NCBI GenBank assembly: GCA_963733035.1 | Contig: CAVTBU010000006.1 | Span: forward strand, 1-64,000 | Direction: 5' to 3' | DNA length: 64,000 nt | Source of the DNA: Pirellulales bacterium | Lineage (GTDB): Bacteria; Planctomycetota; Planctomycetia; Pirellulales; PALSA-1355 | Shown here: piece by piece, positions 51,680 to 60,620 of the stretch | Position numbering within the stretch: position 1 is the stretch's first letter | Layout: each line of letters begins with the position of its first letter | Program-made: the position numbers and the translations under genes | Notes under the pieces: generated by a model | Database searches by the model: none | What the model was told of the DNA's origin: nothing | The model's input: only the letters and a program-made list of their open reading frames with translations

Positions 51680-52336
51680 TTATTCAGCCAAGGTCATGCT
51701 TTTGACTAACGCCTCGACGGCCGCCAGTTTGTTTCCTCGGCGGAACACATCGACGATCTGTTTGTGCTCGCGATACAGGTCCATCAAATCCTTATAGCCG
51801 CGATGCGATTGCCAGAAATGCGAACGCACACGTACCACAATCGCCGACCAGATCGCTTCCAGATCCTTTTGACCTGCTCGGCGAATAATGGAACGATGAA
51901 ACGCAATGTCGCAGTTTACCGTTTCAGCGCAGTCGCGGCGCTTGCATGCCGTCTTGAGTCGATCGAGGAGTTCTTCCCATATTCGGAAATCCTCCACCGT
52001 CAGACTCTCAAAGATCGTCGTCAGCGCAAACGATTCCAGAGTGGCCCGGACGGGCAGGATCAATTCGCGAATTTCGTCGGGTGGGGTTGCTGCCACGCGC
52101 ACGGAGCGGTGCGGAAGGGACTCAAGAAGGCCTTCGTGACTCAATTGCACAATCGCTTCGCGAATGGGAGTTCGGCTAACTCCGAAGCGATGCACGAGTT
52201 CCTGCTCGACGAGGCGCTCTCCTTCGCCGATGCGGCCGGAGAGTAGATCGTCGCGCAGTTGTTCGACGATTTGCTCGCGAAGTCCGAGGACCAAGCGGCT
52301 TTTGGTCGGTGAGTCGAGGCTGTTGTACTGCGGCAT
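51680..52336 (-). CDS. GntR family (FCD) transcriptional regulator
   Basis: GERLVEQEL..RFGVSRTPIREA; D..FH and EH FCD motifs. Confidence 0.95.
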   Translation of the reverse strand: MPQYNSLDSPTKSRLVLGLREQIVEQLRDDLLSGRIGEGERLVEQELVHRFGVSRTPIREAIVQLSHEGLLESLPHRSVRVAATPPDEIRELILPVRATLESFALTTIFESLTVEDFRIWEELLDRLKTACKRRDCAETVNCDIAFHRSIIRRAGQKDLEAIWSAIVVRVRSHFWQSHRGYKDLMDLYREHKQIVDVFRRGNKLAAVEALVKSMTLAE

Positions 52337-52377
52337 CGGTTGGCGGTCTTGGGGCCGGAGGGCGGGAATCGCGGCTC

Positions 52378-52405
52378 ATTGTATACAGTATCCAATCTGT
52401 GTCAA
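52378..52405 (-). promoter_or_regulatory. Sigma-70 promoter overlapped by a palindromic GntR-type operator
   Basis: Minus strand TTGACA-N16-TACAAT. Palindrome ATTGTATAC-A-GTATCCAAT (52378-52396, one mismatch). Confidence 0.75.
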
Positions 52406-52661
52406 ACTCTTTGAGCGAGCGGCCAGGCCGGCAGCCACTCCAGGCGAGTTGTGGATTGCAGCCAGGTTGACCCCTCGCATGGTTGACTTCGGTCGAACAA
52501 TTCGGGTATGTTTTCGCGCGTGAATTGCATTTTGCGCTGGCGCAGAACGACCTCACGTGGAACAGGTGATTCGGTCTTGCAGTTTGCCGGCGCCGCCAAT
52601 CTCTGGCGCGATGTCTGCGAAGACCGCCCGTAACCGGCCACTCCAAAGGCAGACGCTGACC

Positions 52662-55550
52662 ATGGCACGTCGCGAGCGACTCTTTCCATTTGGCGTGCGC
52701 GCCCGACGCGCGATGTCAAGTTGGCGAACCCGTGGATACCTGCATGTCGAGGGATTGGAGGTCCGCCGGCTGCTGCACGCCGGTTACGATGACGGCGACA
52801 GTGATCCAGTGGTTCAGCCAATTTTTCAAGAGCCTGTTCCCGGTGACATCGTGCCGGCACTGGGGACCGAGCCCTTGCATTCGCTGTCGAGCATTCCTGC
52901 ATTGAACAGCCTGCTAGGCGCGGCGGCGTCGGTGTATCTCGACTTCGACGGGAACTACGAGCCAAGCTGGGGCAGCTACGGCAGCGTCACGACACCGGTC
53001 TACGACCGTGATGGCGATCCCAGCTCATTCAGCGATAGTGAACTATCGGCGATCGAACAAATCTGGGAACAGGTGTCCGAAGACTTTTCACCCTTTGACC
53101 TGAACGTAACGACGGTCGAACCGTCAAGCTTTGCCAACGGTGTCGCCGTGCGTGTTTCCATCGGGGGCGACGGCGCCTGGACTGGCGGATCCTATGGGGG
53201 AATCGCCTACGTCAATAGCTTTACAAACAGCGTCGTCAATACGGTTTTCGTGTTTCCCGATCACCTAAGCAACGGAAACCCGAAGTTTGTGGCCGAGGCC
53301 AGCTCGCACGAGACCGGCCACTCCTTTGGGCTCAATCACCAGAGCCAGTACAACTCGTCCGGGCAAAAGTTGGCTGAATACTATACGGGTCCCGGGAACG
53401 GCACCGCGCCGATCATGGGCAATAGCTATAGCGCTACCCGAGGGCTGTGGTGGTATGGCACTTCGTCCGAAGGCCCGGGCGTCATGCAGGACGACTTGGC
53501 GACCATTAGCCGAGCGCAGAACGGTTTTGGTTACCGACCGGACGACTATGGGAACACCGCGGCCACGGCGGCACCTATTCCCAGCCTTGATGGGCACCTG
53601 CAAGCGAGCGGCGTGATTACCACGATCAGCGACCTCGACTATTTCGCGTTTGACACCGATGCGGGGCAAGTCACACTGACTTTGACGTTGCCGGCCCAGA
53701 ATAATCTCGACGCGCGACTGGAGCTTCGCAATGCGGACGGAACGTTGATCACGTCGGACGCACCCACCGACAGCTTCGGCGCCATGATCGTGGCCGACCT
53801 GCAGGCGGGGAGCTATCGAGTCGTGGTGGCGTCACAAGGCAACTACGGTGACATCGGCCAATACACGCTGACCGCCGACGTTCTGGCCCCGTCGATTGAA
53901 GGAAACGTTTATTTTGATGCCAATCGCGACGGTAACTTTGGCCTGGACGAAAACGGGCTTGCGGGCTGGACGGTATTTGACGACGTGAACGGTAATGGAG
54001 TCTGGGACGCAACCCCGACAAGCACGATTATCGCTTCCGATACGCCACGTGCGATTCCGACACTGGGCGCAGTGCGGTCAACGATCGTTACGTCCGGGCT
54101 GGGTGGTACGATTCTCGACGTGAATGTTCGGCTGACACTCCAGCATTCGAACATTTCAAATCTCGTTCTTGCCTTGACCAAACCGGACGGGACGACGACG
54201 ACGTTAATGGCCGTCAACCCAACGGGTGGGACCAGCATGCTCGATACCCGGTTTGACGACGAAGCAGCGACGTCAATCAGCGACGCTGCCGCTCCTTATA
54301 GCGGCACATTTCGCCCGCTCGGATCGCTGGCGGGAATAATTGGCAAGAATCCTAACGGCACGTGGAAACTGCTGGTCAGCGATATCGTGGGGGGCAGCGG
54401 TGGCACGCTTGATGATTTCGAGCTGGAAATCACGACCAGCATGCCGGAACCAAGCACCACGACCGACGCGCAAGGGCGCTACCTATTTGCGTTTTCGAGT
54501 TCCGGCACGCACCACATTCGCTTGGTCAATCAGCCTGGGTACGTCCAAACGGCTCCGCCGAGTGGTGGCTATGATTTGACAGTCGATTCCGGGGTGTCGG
54601 TCGCCGGTCTCGATTTCGGTGTTGCGCTGCCGGCGGTCGTAGGACGAGCACTGTTCTATAACCATTCAAAGTTTGACGGCAACGACTCCGCCATTAGCGC
54701 CGCCGATGATCTTGCGATCGCGGCCGATAAGCAAGCTTATTTGCCGGGCAGTGGGCCGGCCACGTTTGGAAATATCTCAAGCTACACGCGCGGGATCAAT
54801 GGATTGATCGTCGACGTTGCCGGTTTGGCCGGGCCGATCACGGCCGATGATTTCCTTTTTCGCACAGGAAGCGACAATGTACCTGGAACCTGGCAGACGG
54901 CACCCGCCCCTGCCGCCGTGAGTGTTCGTCCGGGTGCCGGCATCAACGGTGCCGACCGCGTCGAGATCACCTGGGCCGACAGTCAGATTGAAAACACGTG
55001 GCTTGAAGTAACGGTGAAAGGGGACGACTTGACAGGCGGATTCGACTCGAATACTGGGCTACCCGCGTCGGATGTGTTCTACTTTGGCAACCGCGTCGGT
55101 GATACGGGTTCGGGCACTCCGACGCTGGCAGTAACGAACGCCAGTGACGAGATTGAGGCGCGAACGAACATCGGCTTTGACGTCGCGATCACAAATGCTT
55201 TCGACTTCAACCGTGATGGCCTCGTGAACGCCGGAGATCAAATCGCCGCACGACTGAACGGCGGCGTACTCACCAAGATCGACTTGCCGGCCGCTGCTTC
55301 GATTCCCGCCGGCGACGGTGGCAATGCAGTGGCTTCCGCGTTGGCGGTTACAGGCGACGATAGCAAAACACAGTCGAGTCCCGATTTAGTCGGTGCAATA
55401 CCCCATGACAATCGACGCCTAGGGCACCAGGACACGGTAGCGCACTTGATGGCGACAGACTCCGTAAAGCAATCCAATAGCCTCGTGAGTCATGAGTCGC
55501 TGACCGAATTGGCTATCGACGACGAACTGTTGGCTGACTTGCTCGGCTGA
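52662..55550 (+). CDS. Extracellular metzincin-like zinc protease with PPC, P-proprotein, SdrD-B-like and C-terminal dockerin-like domains
   Basis: EGLEVRRLL, YLDFDG, HETGHSFGLNH and PIMG Met-turn, DLDYF, NGTWKL, GNVYFDANRDG, FYNHSKFDG...DFNRDGLVN. Start uncertain. Confidence 0.85.
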   Translation: MARRERLFPFGVRARRAMSSWRTRGYLHVEGLEVRRLLHAGYDDGDSDPVVQPIFQEPVPGDIVPALGTEPLHSLSSIPALNSLLGAAASVYLDFDGNYEPSWGSYGSVTTPVYDRDGDPSSFSDSELSAIEQIWEQVSEDFSPFDLNVTTVEPSSFANGVAVRVSIGGDGAWTGGSYGGIAYVNSFTNSVVNTVFVFPDHLSNGNPKFVAEASSHETGHSFGLNHQSQYNSSGQKLAEYYTGPGNGTAPIMGNSYSATRGLWWYGTSSEGPGVMQDDLATISRAQNGFGYRPDDYGNTAATAAPIPSLDGHLQASGVITTISDLDYFAFDTDAGQVTLTLTLPAQNNLDARLELRNADGTLITSDAPTDSFGAMIVADLQAGSYRVVVASQGNYGDIGQYTLTADVLAPSIEGNVYFDANRDGNFGLDENGLAGWTVFDDVNGNGVWDATPTSTIIASDTPRAIPTLGAVRSTIVTSGLGGTILDVNVRLTLQHSNISNLVLALTKPDGTTTTLMAVNPTGGTSMLDTRFDDEAATSISDAAAPYSGTFRPLGSLAGIIGKNPNGTWKLLVSDIVGGSGGTLDDFELEITTSMPEPSTTTDAQGRYLFAFSSSGTHHIRLVNQPGYVQTAPPSGGYDLTVDSGVSVAGLDFGVALPAVVGRALFYNHSKFDGNDSAISAADDLAIAADKQAYLPGSGPATFGNISSYTRGINGLIVDVAGLAGPITADDFLFRTGSDNVPGTWQTAPAPAAVSVRPGAGINGADRVEITWADSQIENTWLEVTVKGDDLTGGFDSNTGLPASDVFYFGNRVGDTGSGTPTLAVTNASDEIEARTNIGFDVAITNAFDFNRDGLVNAGDQIAARLNGGVLTKIDLPAAASIPAGDGGNAVASALAVTGDDSKTQSSPDLVGAIPHDNRRLGHQDTVAHLMATDSVKQSNSLVSHESLTELAIDDELLADLLG

Positions 55551-55570
55551 CCAGACGAGCGAGCCTTTCT

Positions 55571-58500
55571 CTATTGCCACGGCGCCGTGGGCCAAAGAAT
55601 GGCCGTACCGTCGAGACTTGCGCTAAGTACGAGACGCCCGTCCGATGAAAATCCGACGGACGTCACGGCCTGGTCGTGATAGCGTAGCGTGAGTAGTTCT
55701 TTACCGCTTGTCGGTGCGCCCGAGTTCGGAGATCCAGGTGCATTTGCAATCGGTTCCGCTCGCTCCAGTTCGGCGTCCCATATTTTGACCAATCGGTCGC
55801 GGCTGCCCGTGAGGGCGCGTCGACCGTCAGGTGAAAAGCCCACGGCACCGACGATGTCCGTATGGCCTGCATAGCGCGTAAGTTTTTCATGAGTCACGGC
55901 GTCGAACACGACCGCTTCGCCATTTGCAAAACCGGCAATGATTCTTTGTCCATCGCGCGAGTACGCCACGGCATGCACGGGGGCGGTGCCGCGCCATGTG
56001 GCCACGCTGACGCCGTCGGCGACGTTCCAAATTCGAAGCGTCGAGTCGTTTCCCGCGGTCAGTACTTGATTGCCGTTCGGGGAGAAAACTGCCGCCAAGG
56101 GGGCCGCCGGCTCGTTGGGGTCTGTCGCGTGATGGAGGACATGCAGCACTTTGCGAGTGGGCCAATGCCACAGCCGCACGGTCCCGTCTTCTGAGGCTGT
56201 AAGTAGGAGGTTTTCCTCCGCCGGTGAGAATTGGACGCTGCTTAGCGGGCCGTTATGTTCGGCCGGAAGTTGCAACTCGGCCAGCCCGGTGCTGATATTC
56301 CAGATCTTGGCCCGTCGATCCGATCCCCCCGTGACGGCGAACTTGCCGCTTGCGGAAAAAGCCGTGGAGGTGATGCCGCTGTGCGGCTTGAACTGAAGTT
56401 CCGGCCGGTCGGAATTACCGGCTGGCCACAGCGCCGCGCCGTTCCCGCCGATCGTAAGCACGCCGGCGCCGCGTGGTGCATCGAGAGCCGCCCAAATTCC
56501 CTCATGGCGATTGGACAGGTCGAGATACGGCCCACCACCCGGCGCGGTCACTTCGACTCTGGCGACCAGGTCGAAGCGTCGCACGATCCCTCCTTCCGTT
56601 TCATTTGATTGAACGAGCGTGCCCGCTAGGAGAAGCCCGCGACCGTCAGTCGTGTAGGCAATGGAGGAAAGTGCCTCTGGCCCGCGATAGACTTCACCGG
56701 CGGCCGTCCCCTGGTCGATGTCCCACAGTCGGACAATACACTGTCGCGTGCCGCCTGGACTATCCTCTGACAGCGTTGCCACTTGCTGGCCGTCCGGCGA
56801 GATTGCCAGACCGATGACGGGCATATCGAACGCGTCGCGCCGTTGGAGATCTCCTAATACTAGCATCGCGGGAAGTTCTTGCCCGCTTGCAACGTCCCAC
56901 TGGGCTACCGTGCCGTCCAAACTAGACGTTAGCAGTCGCTTGCCGTCGGGCGTGAAATGGGCGGCCGTGATTCCGGCCGTGTGGCCTCTAAGCGTACGCG
57001 CCAATGTGCCGGTGGTCGTGTGCCAAAACTTGCCGGTGCCGGCCTCATCGCCAGAAAAGAGGAGTAGTCCGTCAGGTGAAATTGCCAGCGCCGTGACGAG
57101 GGCAGCATGCCCGGTTCCAAAGGCCGTATCGGCGAGCATCTGCCGCTCGGCGTGATTGCCTTCGGGATCGACTCGCCACAGTGACAACTGCACACGAGTG
57201 TCGAACGTGCGCTGTGCACGTTCGTCTGGTTCGCTATTGCCGGTTAAAATCCACCTTCCGTCGCGCGAAACGGCAATCGTTGCATTGCGGCCCGTGTGTT
57301 CGAGCGTTTGCAATTGGCTGCCAGTGGCGGCGTCCCAAATGCGGGTCGTGCGGTCACCGCCCGCGGTCAGCAACCGGCGGCCGTCGTGGAAATAGGCCGC
57401 TCGGGTTGCCAAGAAATCGTGTCCTTCGTTGAGCGTCACGACGGGCTTGCCCGTATCAGCTTGATACACACGAGCGACATGGTCGTTGCCCGCCGTGATG
57501 ACACGATTTCCATCATGCGAAAACGCGGCAGCTAATACGGCGTCGGCATGACCCACAAGCGCGACACCTTGCGGTGCCGCCTTGTAGTCCACGAGATCCC
57601 ACAACTTGATTTCTCCTTCCTGGCCGCCCGAGACAATTTGTTGACCATCCGGCGCAATTGCGCAGGATTGCACCGGTCGGCTATGACCCTTTAGTTGTGC
57701 GTGGGGCCGGCCGGTGAGAACTTCCCAAATCCGCATGGTGTTGTCGTCTCCTCCCGAGAGTACGTACTGGCCGTCGGGAGAGAATTGCACCGAGCGAACA
57801 GGACCGGCGTGTCCTTCCAACGCCCGGCTATCTTGAGGTGCGAGCGGTTGTCCGGTCGCCACGAGTTGTCTGAGATCGACGTCTGCGATCGTATCGGGTT
57901 GCCAGATGAGCACGCGCTTGTCGTAGCCGCCGGTGACCACTTGTCGACCGTCAGGGGAGAACGCTGCGGCGAAAACGGCGCCTTGATGTCCGAGGAAAAC
58001 TTTCCGTGCCACGAGGCGATCGTTAGAGCGCGCCTGCGAGGGCTCGAACTTCCAGATAATCACTCGGCCATCGTCTCCGGCCGTGACAATTTGGCTTTTA
58101 TCAGCACCAAAGGCTACCGCCCAAACCGGACCGTAGTGACCGCGTAGCGGGGAGCCTTCCGTCTCTCGTTGTTTGGTAACCTCCCACACGCGCGCCGAGC
58201 CATCGCTGCCTGCGGAAACCACCCAGCGGTCATCGGGAGAAAAGTCGAGGCTGAGTATTCGCCCAGAATGGCCAGACATTTTTCCGACCAGATCGCCATC
58301 GTGCGCATCGACAAGGTGAATTTGGCCGTCGTCGCCCGCCGCCGCGATGCGATTGCTGTTGGACGAGATGGCCGCGGCGTAGATGGGACTGCTCGATTTG
58401 CAGGCCCACTTTTGTTGCCCACTCTTGCGGTCCCAAGCATGCAGATGCGCATCATCGCCGGCCGTGACAAACCATTCGCCGTCCGGAGAAAAAGCCACGG

Positions 58501-60613
58501 CTCTCACGGCACCCTCGGCCGGGAAATCGAGACCACGGCTGCACAGTCGCTTCAGGTATCCCCATTCCCAATCGCGGAGTTCCGCCGGCTGGCAATCGGC
58601 GAGGAGCGCCGTCGCCGTATCGAAGGCGTTCTCCTCGATCTTGGCAGCGGCCATGCCGATGCGGGCCACGTAAGCCGCACGTTCTTCGCCATGACGGGCG
58701 GAAATTGCCTCGGCTTCTTTTTCCTCGGCGACGACGCGCGCCGCTTGGGCCTTGTCGCGCTCAACCTGGGCTTGACGTTGTGCCTCGTTGGCTTTTTCCC
58801 GTTCGTCGTTGGCAATTTTCGTTTGCGTTTCCGCTTCTCGGCGCTGCTCGTTGGCGATCTTCGTCTGCTCGACGGCCCGTTCTCGTTCGTCGTTGGCAAT
58901 TTTCGTTTGCGTTTCCGCTTCTTGGCGCTGCTCGTTAGCGATCACCGTTTGCTGCTCGGCGAATCGGCGTTGCTCGGCCTCGCGGTTTTTCGCCGTCGTT
59001 ACAAGCACCAAGGCGATTGAGATTACGCCGACAACCACCACCGCCAACGCGGCGGCGATCCGCTTGAATCGTGAGAGCCATTTCTGCCTGGCCGACCGTT
59101 CTTGTTGAGCGGCCTCCAGCTCGCTGCGCAATTTGATGTGCTCGGGGTTACTCGCATCGAGCAGCGAGGCTCCCAACTCAAAGTCGCCCTTGAGCTTCGC
59201 ACTCGTGGCATAAGCCAGTTGTGTTTCTCCAACCCCTGTTCGCGCCCGGGCGTTTCCGTTCCACAACGCCTGTGCTTCTTCAAATCCGAACAGGGCTCGG
59301 GCAAAGCTTTGATAATCGCCGGCCTGTTTCGCATGGGCCAACTCTTGATCGGCGCGCGTGGAGAGCGAAATACTCTCCATGTGCGAGTGATAGTCGCGGA
59401 GCGCCGATTGAAATTCCTGCACACTGGCGTAGCGATCAGCGGGTTGCGTGGCCATTGCCCGATAGGCAATATCCAGCAACTCCCCCGATTTTTCGGTCGG
59501 CTGGATTTCGTTTCGCGCGGCAGCCAGCAAGCATTCCTGCGCCGACTTGCCATGATGCGGACGTAGACTCGTGGCCACCTCGAATAGAAGTGCCCCGAGC
59601 AGATAGATGTCGCACGGTGGACCGATCAGCTCAAAGGGCCCCGTGACCATTTCCGGCGCCATGTAGGCCGGCGTGCCACCCATGCTGTCGCGCCCGGTGA
59701 CGAACTCCGCGTGACGAAAGCTGGCGGTCGCCAGGGCCAACCCCCAGTCCATCACCAGCACTTCTCCGAAGTCACCAAGCATCACATTTTCGGGCTTTAG
59801 ATCTCGATGCACGACCCCGTTGGCGTGAGCAAAAGCGACGGCATCGGCCACCTTCATGAGAATCTCTAGATTCTCGCCCATCGGTTTCTTGCCAATGACG
59901 TGCGACCAGGGTGTGCCCTGTACGCGCTTCATCGAGTAGAACAGCGCATTGTGCTCGTCCGCGCCCAGTTCGTAGATCGGCACGATGTTCGGGTGGTCGA
60001 GATCGCCGGTGACGACCGCTTCGGACAGGAACTTTTCGCGCCGCTCAGGATTGGCAGCCACTTGCGGCCGAATCATCTTGACGGCCACAAGGCGATCAAC
60101 TGACGCCTGCCGCGCAGAGTAAACCACGCCCATGCCGCCTTTGCCGATCACCTGCAGTAGCTCGTAATCGGCGCTGGTCGTAGGGCGGGGCGTCGCCTTT
60201 TCTTCCACACCGCGAAGTCCGCGGAGATTGACAACCAGTGACGATCCGGCGTCACTACCGCTGGCTGCCTGGCTTTCGACTTTGAGCGAAGAACGTTCCG
60301 TCGCGTCGCCCTCGACGGCGCCTTGCCAGGTGTTGGTGATCAGTTCAACGCTTTGTCGGGACAACTTGCGGGGGGCAATGTTGATCGATCGCTGTTCGCT
60401 TCCGTGGAACTCGAGGGTCGCGTCGGGAGTGCCTTTGTGGGTGACCGCAGGGGAAACTGGCGGTTCGCCGAACTCAGCGGTGACATCGAGCGTTGGCGCA
60501 TGCGGTCCCTCCGTTGATGTGCCGGCACCTTTGATTGCGTAGCCGCAATGCGGGCAGTTGCCGTCCTCGGGCAAACGTTTGAGGATGCTCTTGCAGCCTG
60601 GACAAATGAGCAT
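55571..60613 (-). CDS. Membrane Ser/Thr kinase with zinc ribbon, coiled coil and multiple WD40 repeats
   Basis: CPGC..CPHC; GKGGMG, HRDLKPEN, DWG, APE; TM helix; RDWEW; many GH...FSPDG...WD repeats. Confidence 0.95.
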   Translation of the reverse strand: MLICPGCKSILKRLPEDGNCPHCGYAIKGAGTSTEGPHAPTLDVTAEFGEPPVSPAVTHKGTPDATLEFHGSEQRSINIAPRKLSRQSVELITNTWQGAVEGDATERSSLKVESQAASGSDAGSSLVVNLRGLRGVEEKATPRPTTSADYELLQVIGKGGMGVVYSARQASVDRLVAVKMIRPQVAANPERREKFLSEAVVTGDLDHPNIVPIYELGADEHNALFYSMKRVQGTPWSHVIGKKPMGENLEILMKVADAVAFAHANGVVHRDLKPENVMLGDFGEVLVMDWGLALATASFRHAEFVTGRDSMGGTPAYMAPEMVTGPFELIGPPCDIYLLGALLFEVATSLRPHHGKSAQECLLAAARNEIQPTEKSGELLDIAYRAMATQPADRYASVQEFQSALRDYHSHMESISLSTRADQELAHAKQAGDYQSFARALFGFEEAQALWNGNARARTGVGETQLAYATSAKLKGDFELGASLLDASNPEHIKLRSELEAAQQERSARQKWLSRFKRIAAALAVVVVGVISIALVLVTTAKNREAEQRRFAEQQTVIANEQRQEAETQTKIANDERERAVEQTKIANEQRREAETQTKIANDEREKANEAQRQAQVERDKAQAARVVAEEKEAEAISARHGEERAAYVARIGMAAAKIEENAFDTATALLADCQPAELRDWEWGYLKRLCSRGLDFPAEGAVRAVAFSPDGEWFVTAGDDAHLHAWDRKSGQQKWACKSSSPIYAAAISSNSNRIAAAGDDGQIHLVDAHDGDLVGKMSGHSGRILSLDFSPDDRWVVSAGSDGSARVWEVTKQRETEGSPLRGHYGPVWAVAFGADKSQIVTAGDDGRVIIWKFEPSQARSNDRLVARKVFLGHQGAVFAAAFSPDGRQVVTGGYDKRVLIWQPDTIADVDLRQLVATGQPLAPQDSRALEGHAGPVRSVQFSPDGQYVLSGGDDNTMRIWEVLTGRPHAQLKGHSRPVQSCAIAPDGQQIVSGGQEGEIKLWDLVDYKAAPQGVALVGHADAVLAAAFSHDGNRVITAGNDHVARVYQADTGKPVVTLNEGHDFLATRAAYFHDGRRLLTAGGDRTTRIWDAATGSQLQTLEHTGRNATIAVSRDGRWILTGNSEPDERAQRTFDTRVQLSLWRVDPEGNHAERQMLADTAFGTGHAALVTALAISPDGLLLFSGDEAGTGKFWHTTTGTLARTLRGHTAGITAAHFTPDGKRLLTSSLDGTVAQWDVASGQELPAMLVLGDLQRRDAFDMPVIGLAISPDGQQVATLSEDSPGGTRQCIVRLWDIDQGTAAGEVYRGPEALSSIAYTTDGRGLLLAGTLVQSNETEGGIVRRFDLVARVEVTAPGGGPYLDLSNRHEGIWAALDAPRGAGVLTIGGNGAALWPAGNSDRPELQFKPHSGITSTAFSASGKFAVTGGSDRRAKIWNISTGLAELQLPAEHNGPLSSVQFSPAEENLLLTASEDGTVRLWHWPTRKVLHVLHHATDPNEPAAPLAAVFSPNGNQVLTAGNDSTLRIWNVADGVSVATWRGTAPVHAVAYSRDGQRIIAGFANGEAVVFDAVTHEKLTRYAGHTDIVGAVGFSPDGRRALTGSRDRLVKIWDAELERAEPIANAPGSPNSGAPTSGKELLTLRYHDQAVTSVGFSSDGRLVLSASLDGTAILWPTAPWQ
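58800..58967. repeat. 84-bp tandem duplication encoding the coiled-coil stalk (14-aa period)
   Basis: 58800-58838 is identical to 58884-58922. Protein EAETQTKIANDERE occurs twice. Confidence 0.9.
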
Positions 60614-60620
60614 TGGAGAA

